Shown here piece after piece: positions 28,275 to 43,460 of a DNA stretch of 64,000 nucleotides. Location: assembly GCF_009914755.1 (NCBI RefSeq), contig NC_060925.1; one strand, 5' to 3'. The stretch is from the human T2T-CHM13v2.0 reference genome, Homo sapiens. The notes beneath the pieces were generated by a model that saw only the letters and a list, made by a program, of their open reading frames with translations, was not told where the DNA came from and searched no databases. Both the position numbers and the translations under genes were made by a program. Numbering within the stretch: the stretch's first letter is position 1; each line of letters starts with the position of its first letter.

Positions 28275-29214
28275 CTAAATAATATTATTGACTATGCGGT
28301 TAATGTACTTAGATTATTAGGTGACCAATGTTAATTTGTATCTCTATTTGAATGTCTCTTACATGTCTTTGATAGTGTTAAATGTTGTATTTAACTGTAG
28401 TTTTCAATGCCAAAGATGCCTTTTGCTGTATTCTTATAAATAACTAGGTATAAGTGCATTTTAAAAGTTCAGTAAACTGTAATAGGTAATTTCTCAAACA
28501 CGCTTAATGTGCACTTATAAAAATGTGACCGATATTGATGAAAATTTCAATACAAATAGTTACATTAAAAATAGCTTCTTAATGAGACTATCACTTTTAG
28601 TGTTTAGTAAACTTTCTACATTAGAGATTCATATGACTTAACATTGCTAACAACAGATAATCTTAAGTGTGTGAGTATACCTGTGTGTGTTGTAGACCCC
28701 TTTAGAAAAACTAAGCATTCTAATTGGCTTAGTTTATATTACTTTTATGATTACCTTTACATTGACTCTTCACAACATTTAATAAACAATCATTTATCTG
28801 CCATTAGTAATCCTAGTTATAGGCATTTTTAGCTATTTGAGAATTTGTTATTAATGGGGTTTTGTAAACTATTACAGAGGAATTCTTTGGAGAATGAGAT
28901 TACTTTTCTGTTTTTTTTTCTTGTATGACGAAAAATAATTAGCAACTTTTCACAGTCAAATAGCTAGCTTTTTAAAAGCGTTTAAGTCATTACAGTTTGT
29001 GCACAGCTTAAAATACCATCTAAACAACATTATAATTAACAGTGGAACATTTTAAAAAATCACTCTATTTACTTGCAATCTTCTCTTTCAACAAGCTTTT
29101 TATTTTTCTGAACTTTCTTCTAATCCTGTCTATATTTTTATAACGTTTTAAGCAGTTTGAATTATAAAACATGAATTTGTAAGGTATATAAATATATATA
29201 CCTGTTATACATAA

Positions 29215-29661
<447 letters not shown>

Positions 29662-30189
29662 TATGTTATATTGAAAGTACACTCCTATTGTTCTTACTGC
29701 GGGTTGTTGGGTTTTCAGCTTTGGTTTTTTGCAGTGCTTTAGTCTGTGCTTTTTGGATATCTACATTTATACATGAAAAATAAATGTGGGTTTTGGGACA
29801 TTAACATTTTTGTTTTAAACTAGAAAACATCTGAAAACAAAATAGCCCTTTTTGTTACTTCACCTTAAATTCTACATTTTCTGATCATAAGGATGAAATG
29901 TGGTTTGACAAACAGAAAGTTGGATGAAAACAAGTATTGTGATTTTTTGTTCTTATGAACTTCTGCTAGTAACTGAATGTAGCCCTGAACATGAACTTAT
30001 ATCTATACTATTCCTATCCTGGCTGTTCTGGTGCACACTGAAGAATTTAATCATGTCAGTTGTCTGTTTCTTGAGTTTTCATTTGCAGGAAATCAAAGGA
30101 GAGAACATTAAACAGAGACATGCTCTAATCCTGACGTTAATTAGCTGTGGAGCCCAAACATGCAATTAATTAGTAGCTCGTTTTTGCCT

Positions 30190-30435
30190 CTACTAATAAT
30201 TTTCTGCATGTTCATTATGCATTAAGCACTGTGCCAACTACTTTACCTATGTTTTCTCCTTTAATTCTCCTAGTGAGCCTTCAGTGTAAGTCCCATTTTG
30301 CAGATAAAGAAAAAAATTTCCTAGAGATCAAGCCCTTGCCCAAAGGCACCTAACTTTACAAAGCTCTGCAGTAGAACCATGGTTTGAGTCCAGGCATTCT
30401 GACTCCATAGCAGATACATGTAACCGCTAAACTGC
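30190..30435 (-). mobile_element. MIR
   Basis: CCCATTTTGCAGATAAAG..CTTGCCCAAAGGCAC..TCTGACTCCA. Confidence 0.75.
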
Positions 30436-30445
30436 CTTTTACTCA

Positions 30446-30789
<344 letters not shown>

Positions 30790-31519
30790 ATGAAAATATT
30801 GAAAGGATCTTATTTCTGTCATTGTCCAGAGATTTAAATTTCAACATCAGGACCATTAGTCTGGTAAATGTATTCCTGAGCCTATGATAGAGGTGTCTCA
30901 TTTCTTTTGACATTATGGTTTTGTGCATACAGTATATTGCATGACTCTGCATAAAACATACTGATATATCTTGTATATCAGGCCTATGATATGGTCCTTC
31001 ACCATCTGCTTAAGAGATTAGATTTCTTTCTTGCAGGACCCTGGGTATATTTGGAGGAAACTGAATTCAAATATTGCTCAGTTTTCTCTGTGTAGATGAC
31101 TCAAAGATTTATGAAACAAAAGAGAAGATAACACAGATGCTGCTCATGTTATGTTATTACCACAGCACTATGGCTAAGTACTTAGCATTTGCTACAAATG
31201 ATGGAGCTGGCTCAATATAGTGGAGGTCTCAGGGCCTGTGTTATATGGCATGTCCAGCACCAGGAGTGACAGCAAGGTACATGTAGACCATTCCTCCCAG
31301 GGTGAGCTGATAATAGTTAAATCATTATTTGCAGCTAATCTAGAGTCTACAGCCATCTAAGGAAACATTATCTGAGTCTCTCATGGCATCAGTGAAAAAC
31401 AAAGCAATAATTTATCTCTGACTACTGAGAAGGTGGAAATGCAATATAACAATAACTAGTCCTACATAGGACATAGTTACATATTACAAAAGAGTTTACT
31501 CTCCATGAATAAGGTTACT

Positions 31520-31885
<366 letters not shown>

Positions 31886-32728
31886 AGATAAAGTTCTTTT
31901 TAACTAAGGACTAAAATTGGCAAAATGTGTTAGTATTGCCTGGGCAAATTGTGCTTCATATTTTTTTATCTATATTGTGCTCCTTTGAGATGTTGTGCTA
32001 GTAAGTTTGTCTTTTGTGGCTGAAAGACAGGTGTCATCCAATTATATCAAAGCTAATGAACTCCCTGGAGACAACAAAATCAATTGGAAAAGCTTTCAAA
32101 ATTATGGACCAATTGTCTTTCTCAAAGTGGAAGTTTTTCAAAAAATAACTAATGAAGAGGTGTTCGCTGGCTAGAAATGGAATAAATTTAACTAGAAATA
32201 ACAATATAAATTTCGTAAAATATCCTCACGATATGCTGCATTTAGGTATTATTAATTTCCATTGTGATTAATCTCTCTGCTTGGTTCCGTTTACACGACT
32301 TAAAAATGTGTCTACCTGAGGGATCATGATAATTATCCCAGAACCATCTGCCCTTTTGTGTCTTCAGCGTCAGACAATGGCATGCCTTAGCATTTTAAGT
32401 TATTTAATTTCTAATTAATGAGAAAATTTGAAAACCAACATAGATTGTATAGTACATTTTATAATTCAAATAACAGTATACATAATTATGGAACAAAGTT
32501 TTCAATGTCTCAAGAATGTGAACACCCAGGGCAAAAGAAAATCAAATAAAAACATTAACCTCTTGTGGAGAGACCTCGCTAAGAAACAATCTAAGAGTTT
32601 ATTATGTGATTCATGGAAGATTTACTGTGAATTGTCAATTTGACTTAGTATGTACAGGGAACATGGCACTGGGTTACAAAGGAGGGGGTTAGGAGGCACT
32701 CGACATTAAGATTATAAGAAATACTATA

Positions 32729-33048
<320 letters not shown>

Positions 33049-34049
33049 TTATCATTTTAGGTCAGCAATTGAAATATTGGCAAAACACAATGAAACATTG
33101 TTTCACATATAAAGCTGAAATCACAAACTATTAAATGTGGCATTTGCTTCACAATAGAGTTGCATTAACTTGTGAACAATTTCTTCCTTGGTATCTCTTA
33201 TGACTAGTAGCAGGGATGTGTGAAACCACATCAAGGTAAGATACTAAAGTTGTCTTGGTAAAGTCTTCAGCTTTAGGTAGCTCTTGAACTGGCTTAGGTT
33301 GACTGGGAAGCAATCAAATAGGTGAGTAAGTGGTTTAATTTACTAGACAGTGTGACTGAAACAAGGACTATATTTCTCTCTCTTCTCTCTCTTTCTCTCT
33401 CTCACTTCCCCCAATGATTATTATTGAGCCATCCATATTTTGTTGTATAGAAATATATTTTATCTAGATCAACATGGATTCAATACAGATATATCCATTG
33501 TCAACATTTCCTTTCTCTTCATTTTCTCTCTAATTTAGACCTAAAACTTTGGCTTAGCTATAGGAAAATGGGTTTGGCTATAGAAAAGAAAGTGTTTTCA
33601 TATTCCCTCCATGTCCATGTTTGAAAATGAAGTCTAGTATATAATAGAGTGAAAAATACCCTAGATTGCATATTGGTGGTATAGGTTCTCATTTCAGGTT
33701 TCCTTACAAGTAGCCACTAATTAGCAGGGTGACTATGGAAAAGTTGCATAACCACTTTTTGGTGTGGGTTTGTAGAATCGAGGAGGTTTAATCAGGTAAC
33801 TTCTAAGGCTTCTATCACTGCTGTGATCTGTGCCTTTATGCATTGATCAGGCTAGTCCTCTGATAGACTTCATTGACAATTGGACATTGCCTTTGTCCTC
33901 AAGGCATATGTAATCTAATCACAGTAGGAAGATAGGCTTGATATCACTAGGCTATTAGAAAAAATATACAAATCCAACTGATCCATTTTTATTCTCATCT
34001 TGTTTTATTTTCCATGGGCTTTGTAAAGAGCTGTCTCTTCCTTTTTTTG

Positions 34050-34415
34050 AAAACACTGTACTTGTGGCTCCCAGGACACCAGAATCTCCCAGCTTTTCTC
34101 CTACATCAGTCTCCTTCTCATTTCTTTGCTTCTTTACATTGCTAAATATTTTTATTGCCTTGTCTTCTATTTTTGTTTGCATACTTTCTCTATATATAAT
34201 CTTATTGGTATTCATGCCTTTAAATGTTATCTATATTCTGCTGTTTGCCACATCTATAGGTTTAGATTTTTCCTTTGAGTTCTGGTTTATATTCCAAACT
34301 ACTTACTTGATTGCTTCATTTCATAGAAGCTTTAATTTTAACATATTATAAACTGAACTCTTGATTTCTCTACTCTTTCCACCTGCAGTCCTCTTGGTAA
34401 ATGGTAAGGCCATTT
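34050..34415 (+). mobile_element. L2 fragment
   Basis: L2 body-like pattern similar to 11780-12360 (..AAACTGAACTCTTGATTTC..). Confidence 0.5.
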
Positions 34416-36009
34416 TTTTTTCATTTATTCGTTGGAGTCTTGATGGTTTTCCTATCAATTTATACAGATCCTCATATTTTATAAAGACTAACATTTTTTA
34501 CCTGTCATATAGGCTGAAAATCTTTTTCCCTAGGCTTTTGTTTGTGGTTGTTATTTTTGTGTTTCAAATTCTAGATTTAAATCGTTCATTGAACAATGAT
34601 TATCATTCACTTAAGGCAGTAGCATTAATAAATAAAAGAAGAAAAAGAGCATTATTAACAATAAAAGTAAAATAGATTTTTAAAATTATTAAGTAGCATG
34701 TCTTGCTTATTAGCAAGATATTTAAATGAATCCAATGTTGTAGAACACAAAGTGAAACTGATATTTTAAATTCTTCTTGGTAGTTTAAACTTGCTCAACA
34801 CTGTTAGAAAAATTGTTAGTGTTAGGCATCAAAACTTTAATAGTTACTACCTTTATTTAGAAATCCTTTCTCTGAGAATTTATTTGTAAGAAGAAAATTT
34901 TGGAAAAACATAATATTTTATATTAGAGAATCATGATTGCCTTATTTAACATATGGGAAAAGCTAAAGCAATCTAAATGACTAGCTGTAGAGGAGTGGTT
35001 GCTTCTCAGCTTCTATGGGATATTATGTAGTCATTACATCTAATTCTGAAGTCTTTGTAGGACCATTAAAAATGATTAATTCAGGTGTTGGCACAACCTG
35101 AATAAAGTAGGTGTAAGAGTTCTCTTGGTTGATCATGGATGACTATCGTGAGTCCTTCACTGTAAGTCTGATATGTGGTGTTATCTTTCAAGTAATCAGA
35201 GGTTTGCAGAATTAACAAGGGAGAGGAAGCCACAGAATACAAGGAAATTTGTTATCTATTAAAACCAGAGCATCACAGTTGGGCAGTAGCTTTGAAATTT
35301 GACAGGACTGTTTTCCATGCTTGACGGCAGTTTGGTTTAAATTAGAGAGAAAGTAGACCTTAAGTCTCTGTCAAACTTAGTGTCTGAAGACAGTGGCCAC
35401 ACTGGCAGCAAAACGTGAACCTGGTCATGGTTGAGTCAACAGTGGTGGATGGCACTCTAGGTTTAATAGAAGGAGCTGATATCCTATTGATGATATTTGC
35501 CTCTGCAAAATATTCCAGTTGTCCTCAGATTGCTGAAGACCCTTGCAATTACTTCCAGCCCAGTCATGCCATCACCATTCAGATACTCCAGGCAATCTAA
35601 TAAGCCTGGTCCCATGTTTAACAATGCAGTGTTCTGATAGGAAGGGTTCTTATATGAACTCTCTTCTAAATAACCAAAGCAGATGGATTTAGGATTATCA
35701 TCCATTTGATCTCCCACATTAAGTTTTGCAATCAAGTGGGAAGTAACTATTTCCTGATTAAGTATTTGAGCAAGTATTTTGGCATTGGCTTAGGCAGGCA
35801 CTATAAGCTGGCAATCTGGATACCTCAGGATCCAGTTCTGATCTTCACACTCGTTACCTGGTTAATTCAGGAAAAACGTACTTAATTTTCTCCCTCTTTT
35901 GCTTAATTTTAAAGAATTAAATATAGCTACTATGTCTATCTAACTTTTCAGAAAAAAAAATCTTTGAAGAACATGTTACTTTAGAGGAGGAAAACGTATC
36001 TTTTCCTTC

Positions 36010-36562
36010 TTTCATTTTGGATTAATTGACTGGGTTAATTGGCTGGACCATGTAACAAAGGATAGATTAACAGGAGAAAAGTATACACATTTATTTAAGT
36101 TTCCCATAACATGGGAGATTTCATAAGGAAATGAAGACTCAGAGGAAGAGTTAAACCTGAGTATTTTTTATGGTAGGTTTGATGAAGAGTGGAGAGTTGT
36201 GGAGAAATAGGGCTGGGTGGAAAGGGTCTGATCTAATGGTAATAAACTGGGGGAAACTCAGCAAGGCCTATTCATTCAGATTCCTCTCTGTGCCCCTGTG
36301 TCTTTGGAGATGACTTTTCCTTTAGGATGTTCTTTTCCTCGAGGTATAGGGAGGGCACTTTGCACTTGAGATTTTTGTGGTCTGCTTCAGAGGAAGGTCG
36401 GAAAATTCTTCCTAGGTTTATGACCTGCTTGATAAAGGGGAGACCTCAGGCAAGGATGCTCAGAGAGACTTTCCTGCTTCTGCCTTTTTCTCAAATTCCT
36501 TCACCATAAAATATTCAATACACCAAGGTTTCATATTTTGGAGATGTTCTGAATCGCATCAA
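36010..36562 (-). mobile_element. ERV1 solo LTR (MER39-like)
   Basis: ATAGATTAACAGGAGAAAAG..CTTTCCTGCTTCTGCC..CCAAGGTTTCATATTTTGGAGATGTTCTGAA..CA. Confidence 0.65.
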
Positions 36563-37554
36563 TATTTATACTCCATATTAATATTTGGCTATAGAAAATA
36601 TAAAAATTCTGTTTAAATTAAAGCCGCATAGACAATAGTATCTCCAAAATACCAGTAGTTCCAATAAACTATCTCAAGAAGATAAGAAAAGCTGGTAAAG
36701 ATTGGCAAAGAAGTGAAATATTCAGAAAGAAATAGAATGAAAGCCATTATTGCTAGAGCTGGGGAAAGAAATTAACATGAGAGAAGTAGAAAATATAAAT
36801 AGAATGAGATGAAGAAGAAAACCTAACATAAGAAGCCATCTATGAAATTAAAAGATACAAAAGTCAAGAAATCTAAGATTTACACCATAGGTATGCTTTC
36901 AGTGGTTATTTGCAAACCACATTCTTTTATTTGATTTCAAACCAGCCTAATTCAAAATAACTGACATAACATCAAAAGATATTTCCTATGGTGTTGGTTG
37001 GCTTTCATGTAAACGTACCTATGGAGTTGGAAAATATAGGAAGTGATGGAAGAAAGGCAAGTGGCTAAGTGGACTGGCTGAATTGCTGACTTGGTGACGT
37101 ATGAATGAAACAAATAATTATCCAAATGACTCTCTGTAGGATTCAATCCAGAGAGTAATCAGCTCCACTCTCTATTTCCTTCCTCTGAATAGTCCTTTCC
37201 TGTTTTGTGAGATCTGGTGCAGATGAGACGAGGCTATTTTATTTTTGTCACTTGGGGTCCTGTTTTTGTGTATACAGTCCAAATTAAATGGCCTTAAAGA
37301 AACTGATGAATTCTGTCCATGAAATACTTTAATAAAAACAGTTGCCATTTACTGAATGTTTATAAGGCACCCATCTTCTATGGTTTTAATCTTCTCGATA
37401 GTCCTGGAACTTAGGTATTATAAATTCGTGTTAATATTTCACATTTCATAGTTTAAAAGTGGGCTCAAAAAATTAAGCTATGACTTTTGACAAACAAGCC
37501 ATACTCATTTGGTTCCAAAAACTATGGTTTTTTTTTTTTTTTTTAAGTATGCAG

Positions 37555-37875
37555 TTTTTTTGGTTTGTTTTTGTTTTTTTTTTCTTTTCTTTTTTTTTGA
37601 GACGGAGTCTCGCTCTGTCACCAGGCTGGAGTGCAGTGGCGCGATCTTGGCTCACTGCAACCTCCGTCTCCTGGTTCAAGTGATTCTTTTGCCTTAGCCT
37701 CCCAAGTAGCTGGGACTACAGCCACACACCACCATGTCCAGATAATTTTTGTATTTCTAGTAGAGACAGGGTTTTATCATGTTGGCCAGGATGGTCTCAG
37801 TCCCTGACCTCGTGATCTGCCTGCCTTGGCCTCCCAAAGTGTTGGGATTACAGGCGTTAGCCATTGTGCCCGGCT
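37555..37875 (-). mobile_element. AluSc-like element
   Basis: GTCACCAGGCTGG (Sc-type 1-nt deletion), GGCCAGGATGGTCTC; embedded between poly-T runs. Confidence 0.9.
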
Positions 37876-39664
37876 GCAGGTTTTTTTTTTTTTTTTTTTT
37901 TTTAAAGCTTTTCATCCTTTTGGGATTTAGCTTTGCCTGTGCAGATGCAATGTTAGCCTTTTACTAAAGAAAAGGGTGAAAAAGAAAGAGTTATTATATA
38001 TGTATGGCATTTGCAGATTTTAGTACCTCCGATTTAGGAAAGAATTGTAATGATGCCACTCAATATTCCACCTACCTCTGGTAAAAGGAAGATTAGAAGA
38101 TTGGAAAATTTGACATGACTTTGATGTGTTAAATGCCAAATAGTGCTGCACAGGATGAAAATTCTTTGGAAGACGACCACAAGTATAACTATTTTTGCAG
38201 GTGTTTTAGAGCAAAAATCTGTTCACTCAGTGATTCCACATTTTTGGGAAGGACTTAACTAGGAAAAATTTTACTTTGCAAGGAAGAAACGTGAAAATGC
38301 CAGAAATACAGAGGTAATTATTTTGATCAAGTGTTTATGTTACCAATTATAATGGCAAAATCAATTTTTACTTTATGGAATCATTTGTCAAAAAGCTCAT
38401 GACATATTGGTAATGGCAGCAAAAGCAATTACATTTTGTTTCTTGATTAAGAAGAAAGAAAATGAGTATTACCCATTAATTAACAAAATTATGAAGAGTC
38501 TTAATTCAGATATACACTTGTTTCCTTGATGAATGCAAGGTGATTTGAGATTTGTAGAAACCTGTTGCAGTTTGGGTAAGGAAGGCCAGATTAGAAAGAT
38601 GAATTTAAGCTTTGCTGGTAACACACTCAATGGAATGTAGAAAAAAATTAGAGTTTTCAAGAAGGAAAACTTTGATTTATCAGGACACATGAAGCTACTG
38701 GGGAGAAAGGATCCACGTTAGCAATTTTTCACATAGTCTTGGAAATAGCCTTGTATGTGGCTGTAATCCAAATTACAAATCTGTGTTTAACCAGATGACA
38801 ACTAAGGTCAAGATCTGAATCTTCTAACAGCTTGATCCAGACCTTTAGTGAGACCCTGCCAGCCTTTGAGACTTCCCTCAGCATCTGAGTTGACACAGAG
38901 AAGTATTAAATATCCTGGACTGTGTCTGAGAGTCTGCTCCTAAATAAGGCTCATTTCTTTTAAAACCATGGATTAATTTCATTAAGCATGCAAGAGTTCT
39001 TTAGAAACTTTCTTGTGTGGGCTGTAGCTCATTTTCATTACTGTGTTTTTCTCCCCCCGACCACTCCATCACTTAGGACAATTCATTAGAAAATCCAACA
39101 GAATTTATTTGAAGTAACCAATTAATCCTTTGAGATGCAACAATTAATATGCAAATTGTATCACATTAAGAATCTCAGGAGGAATGAATTAAATTGAAAA
39201 ATACAACCCTTCAGAAATTAAAAAAGATATTGTTTTTCCATCTACAGATTTTCAGACTTCATTTGATTTTTCTTCTATGGTTCATTTTATTATCTCCTTG
39301 CCTAGAAGTACCAAAACAAATGACCATGCCTGTCTTAAATGCATTACATCAGGATACTAATAGAAGGATATTAAACATGATAGCCATATTGACAAAAGAC
39401 CTGATGAGGCAAATAACCATATACATAAATATGAATTTGTAACAGAATAATTACATCAAAAAGTAAACAATTTTCATTGCCATTTCCTTCTTAGAAATGT
39501 TCACAGGGAAATAAAGGACTAAGGTCATTTTGAGAACATTACTAAACAGACAACCTCTTTACTCATGCAAGTAAATTCTGTGTTACAGTTAGGTTTTAAA
39601 TGGGTTTCTCTGATGACTGCATAATGTCAGGGAGATATGAATATTGCCAATAAAACAACTTTTA

Positions 39665-40620
39665 AATAGTGTCTAAGACTCACTGAGTGCTTTCTATATA
39701 CAATTTGCTATTCTAGGCCCATAGCATGTCATCTGAGCCTCACAATGGCTCTGTGAAATTGGGACTGTCATTGCAATCTTGTAACTGCCCAATGGGCTCT
39801 CCTTGCCCGCTGTCTAGGCAGAGCCAATATATCAACGCAGGGGAATTGCAATAGAGAAAGAATAATTCATGCAAAGCCCAGCTGTGTGGAAGACTGGAGT
39901 TTTATTATTACTCAAATCAGTCTCCCTGAAATCTTGGGGATTGGGATTTTAAAGGATAATTTGGTGGGTAGGGGGTAGGAAAGTGGGGAGTGCTGATTAA
40001 CCAATCAGAGATGAAATCATAGGGAGTTAAAGCTGTCCTCTTGTGCTGAGTCAGTTCCTGGGTGGGGTCCACAAGACCAGGGGAGCCAGTTTATCAACCT
40101 GGATGGTGCCAGTTGATTCAATGAGTGCAGGGTCTGCAAAATATCTCAAGCACTGATCTTAGGTTTTATAATAGTGAAGTTATCCTGAAGAGCAATTTGG
40201 GAGGCTTAGAATCTTACAGCTTCCAGCTGCATGATTCCTAAACCATAATTTCTAATTTGTAGCGAATTTGTTAGACCTGTAAAGGCAGTCTAGTCCCCCA
40301 AGCAGGAAGGGGGTTCGTTTTGGGAAAGGGCTGTTATCTTTGTTTCACAGTTAAACTATAAACTAAGTCCCTCCCGTAGTTAGTTTGGCCTTCACCCAGA
40401 AATGAGTAAGGACAGCTTGGAGGTTATAGAAGCAAGATGGAATCAGTTAGGTCAGATCTCTTTTACGATCATAATTTTCTCAGTTATAATTTTTGTAAGG
40501 TTTGTTTCAATCTTACAGGACAGGAACCAGAGGGTAAAGTGCTTTACCTGAGGCTGCCAGAAAGCTGGGCCAGGATCTCAGCCCAAGCATTTCATGCTAG
40601 GGATCATGTTTCTCACCATT
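39665..40620 (-). mobile_element. MIR split in two by the LTR8 insertion
   Basis: MIR-like halves at 39665-39779 and 40510-40620 join when the LTR and one ATCT copy are removed. Confidence 0.6.
39780..40509 (-). mobile_element. LTR8/LTR8A ERV1 solo LTR (730 bp)
   Basis: TG...CA termini; exact 4-bp TSD ATCT at 39776-39779 and 40510-40513; TGTAACTGCCCAATGGG start and GGAGTTTTATTATTACTCAAATCAGTCTCCC typical of LTR8. Confidence 0.88.
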
Positions 40621-41609
40621 GTGCCATCTCTGAGAAAGGTAAGAGAAAATATCATTGGCAAGTTGTTAAAAAAAATTAGAGAGATAAACATTGCTGTTGA
40701 GGTCATTATCATCATGTTACCTTCTTGCTCTTATTATTCTAAAGGTACAATAAGAAATATGCATTAGGAATTAATGCACAGGTGACTTGTTTTTCTACTG
40801 AGCTCAGGAGGCAATGAATGTATCATCTCATTATTTTACCTCAAATTTTCTCAGTAAGAGATTGCAAGAAGTCAAAATTGTCCTTGTAGTGGAAGTAGGG
40901 AATATTGAGGTGGCTACACAATCACTGGTGGTCAATATTTGCAGATAATTGAGTTAATTATCAAAATTCTTTTGGAAAACAGTTACTTTCTATAAACTAC
41001 CCAGTATTCAGATTCCTTTTTTCTTTCTGCTTACTATAATAATTCATCATTATCCCTATTATCATCATCTTTGTTTTTTTTTTTTTTTTCAAAAGATTTG
41101 AGAAAACTGCCTGCACCCAATACCTCAGGGAAAAGTTAATTTTGGGCTGAAGTATTAATTAATTCAGCAAACCAGTGATTACTAAGCATCTATTCCATGT
41201 AAAATGCTGCAGTAAGTGCCTCATAATAAGAAATTTAAAATGCTCCAACTTTCAAGTATCTGCAGTTTAGTTGGGCCAACAAATCATATACACAATTATA
41301 ATCCAAGGACTTCTGAGAAAAGTACTCTTAAAATTATATTATGTAAGATTTATATAAAATATGTAAGATTTATGTAAAATTTCAGAATTATATAGGAATT
41401 TATAGGTTATTTCCAAGTGAGGATTAGAGATAAGGATGAGGGAAATCTGAGAAGGATTATGAAGAGGGGGCTTTCAAATTAAGTTTTGTGGGAAGAATAA
41501 AGTGTGTGTGTGTTGGTATAAATCTATTTATTATGTAACAACTTTGCCAAATTTTCTCTGAAAAATAGATTCATCTTTATTGAGAAAAAACCCTCACTAG
41601 GCTAGAGAG

Positions 41610-41840
41610 TCAGTGTAGCAGTGTCACTGATATGCTGCTTAGTCACTATGTGATCTTGGGTAAATTACTATCCCTCTGTTTCCTCACCTGTAAAATAGGG
41701 ATGACGAAAAATACCTGTGAATACCCATAAAATAGCGATGATCTGCATTATCAGGTTGTTCTGATGATTAAGTGAATTAATATGGGCAAAGCAATCACAA
41801 CAAAGCTTGGGACTACATAAATGTTTGCTACTAGGATTAT
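41610..41840 (+). mobile_element. MIR
   Basis: TGTGATCTTGGGTAAATTAC..TTTCCTCACCTGTAAAATAGGGATGA. Confidence 0.75.
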
Positions 41841-43004
41841 TCTTTAAATGGAATGGCGAATTCTAATCAGTGGTGTGCATTTTGGATGCTTAGATATTAA
41901 GGCAAGAATTATTTTGTATGTTTCATAAATAAGAGGAAGGACATTGTGATCTCCAACAATGGCCAAGGCACAGATATAAAGAAACATAAAGCTTGTTTAA
42001 TGCAACAGTTGCATTTTAGTTTGTTTGCGGAAAGTGTGTTTTAATTTGGATTTTAAGAAATTAAAATATCTTAGTTATTCTAAGGCATATTTACAGGTCA
42101 GATTAAGATAGATAAGGTTTTTGAAGACTCATGAACATTAAATTATTCGAATTCTCTACTTTTTCTTAGCAGTCTTACATTTTTGATAAGACCACAAGAG
42201 CAAACATATCCTTCTCAGTATTTCCTACACGAAGCTGGGTAAAGTATAGAGATAAAACAATGTGGCACCCACTGAAAATTGATTGGTTCTTTAAGAGGAT
42301 ACTTCTGCAAGAAATCCTTTCAAGAAGATTAAAAACAGTCATTTTCTTCTGCCTCACATGATCATGTAGCAAAGGGACATTCTTATTCTTGTCTTTCTGG
42401 AAAATAAAACCTATTCTTAACACTATACAATGATATAGTCTAGTTTATACAGAGAACTTCCCCTCTTTCTTTAGCAGTTATGCATTACTCTGATCATTTG
42501 CGTAATGTCAGGGAGATATGATATGCAGTATTGTTAACCCAGGTAAAAATGAAACTCTCTCTTTTCTAATCTCATTGTATTCCCAAAGCTTCTTGATTTA
42601 TTTTTATAGGGCTGCCTAGATTTTCATAGTAAAAAGCCACTTGAAAATCTTGTCTAAATGTGTTCAGGTGCATGCTAATTGATTTTCTTCCTTCTATTGA
42701 ATTTTGCACAACAGGAGAAACAGCTGGAGCCAGTTTATTAACTAATTAGAAATCTTAGGGTTGGGAGATACCTGGAAAAAAACAGAAGGGGAAACTATCA
42801 TGATACGAAAGAAAAGAGAACTTCCTGACAATGAGATATAATATTTATCCATTTGCCCAATGATTACTTCCTCTAAGAAGCTTGCAGCTAGAAATAGACT
42901 GGAAAGTAAATTAAATATACTTCCTGAAAGATGCTCCAGAATGGTAAATGTGTTTTTTGGTGTTTGATGGTTGATACTGGTATAATAGACTGGTATTTTA
43001 TATT

Positions 43005-43380
43005 TCAGGGTGATTGTTTCAAATGACAATCACCCAACTCCAAATACTTTAAGCAAAGAAGGGAAATTATTGACTTATTTAACTGGGAATTTCTAGGGTG
43101 TTCTGACTCCAGGCATAGCAGGGACTCAAGTAATGCTGTTTGGGTTCTGTCTAACTCTGTCTCTTAACCCTTTTATGTCTTTTAACCCTTCCTTTTTATG
43201 TGGCTTGGATATGCTTTTCTGGCTGGCTTTCTTCCATGTGGTAGATAAGATGGCACTGGCAATCCCAAGTTAAATCCTTATGTCTTGAGATCTAAAGGGA
43301 AAAGGAAGCCACTCTCTCTCAAATGCACATATCAATTCTGAGAGTAGACCTTAATTGGCTTGCTTATGTCAGTGGTCCTG
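43005..43380 (-). mobile_element. Old MaLR LTR (MLT1K/L-like)
   Basis: CAAATGACAATCACCCAACTC..TTAAGCAAAGAAGGGAAATTATTGACTTA. Confidence 0.55.
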
Positions 43381-43460
43381 TCATATGTGATAAAAGTCTT
43401 CCCAGACATTTAACCTGTGTACACATCAATTGTTGACCTTGTAAAAAATGCAAGTTCTAA

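Noticed and set aside
35415-35735. Protein-like ORFs in unique-looking DNA (…GLLDCLEYLNGDGMTGLEVIARVF…)
   Set aside because: No recognisable domain, splice framing or retrocopy hallmarks; a tblastx/Dfam search would be needed.
38408-38440. GTAATGGCAGCAAAAGCAATTAC resembling MADE1
   Set aside because: Too short and degenerate, with no terminal TTAGGTTGG/CCAACCTAA or TA TSD.
39300-39630. Resemblance of VLNALHQDT… to a retroviral integrase HHCC motif
   Set aside because: The second His and a correctly spaced CxxC are absent.
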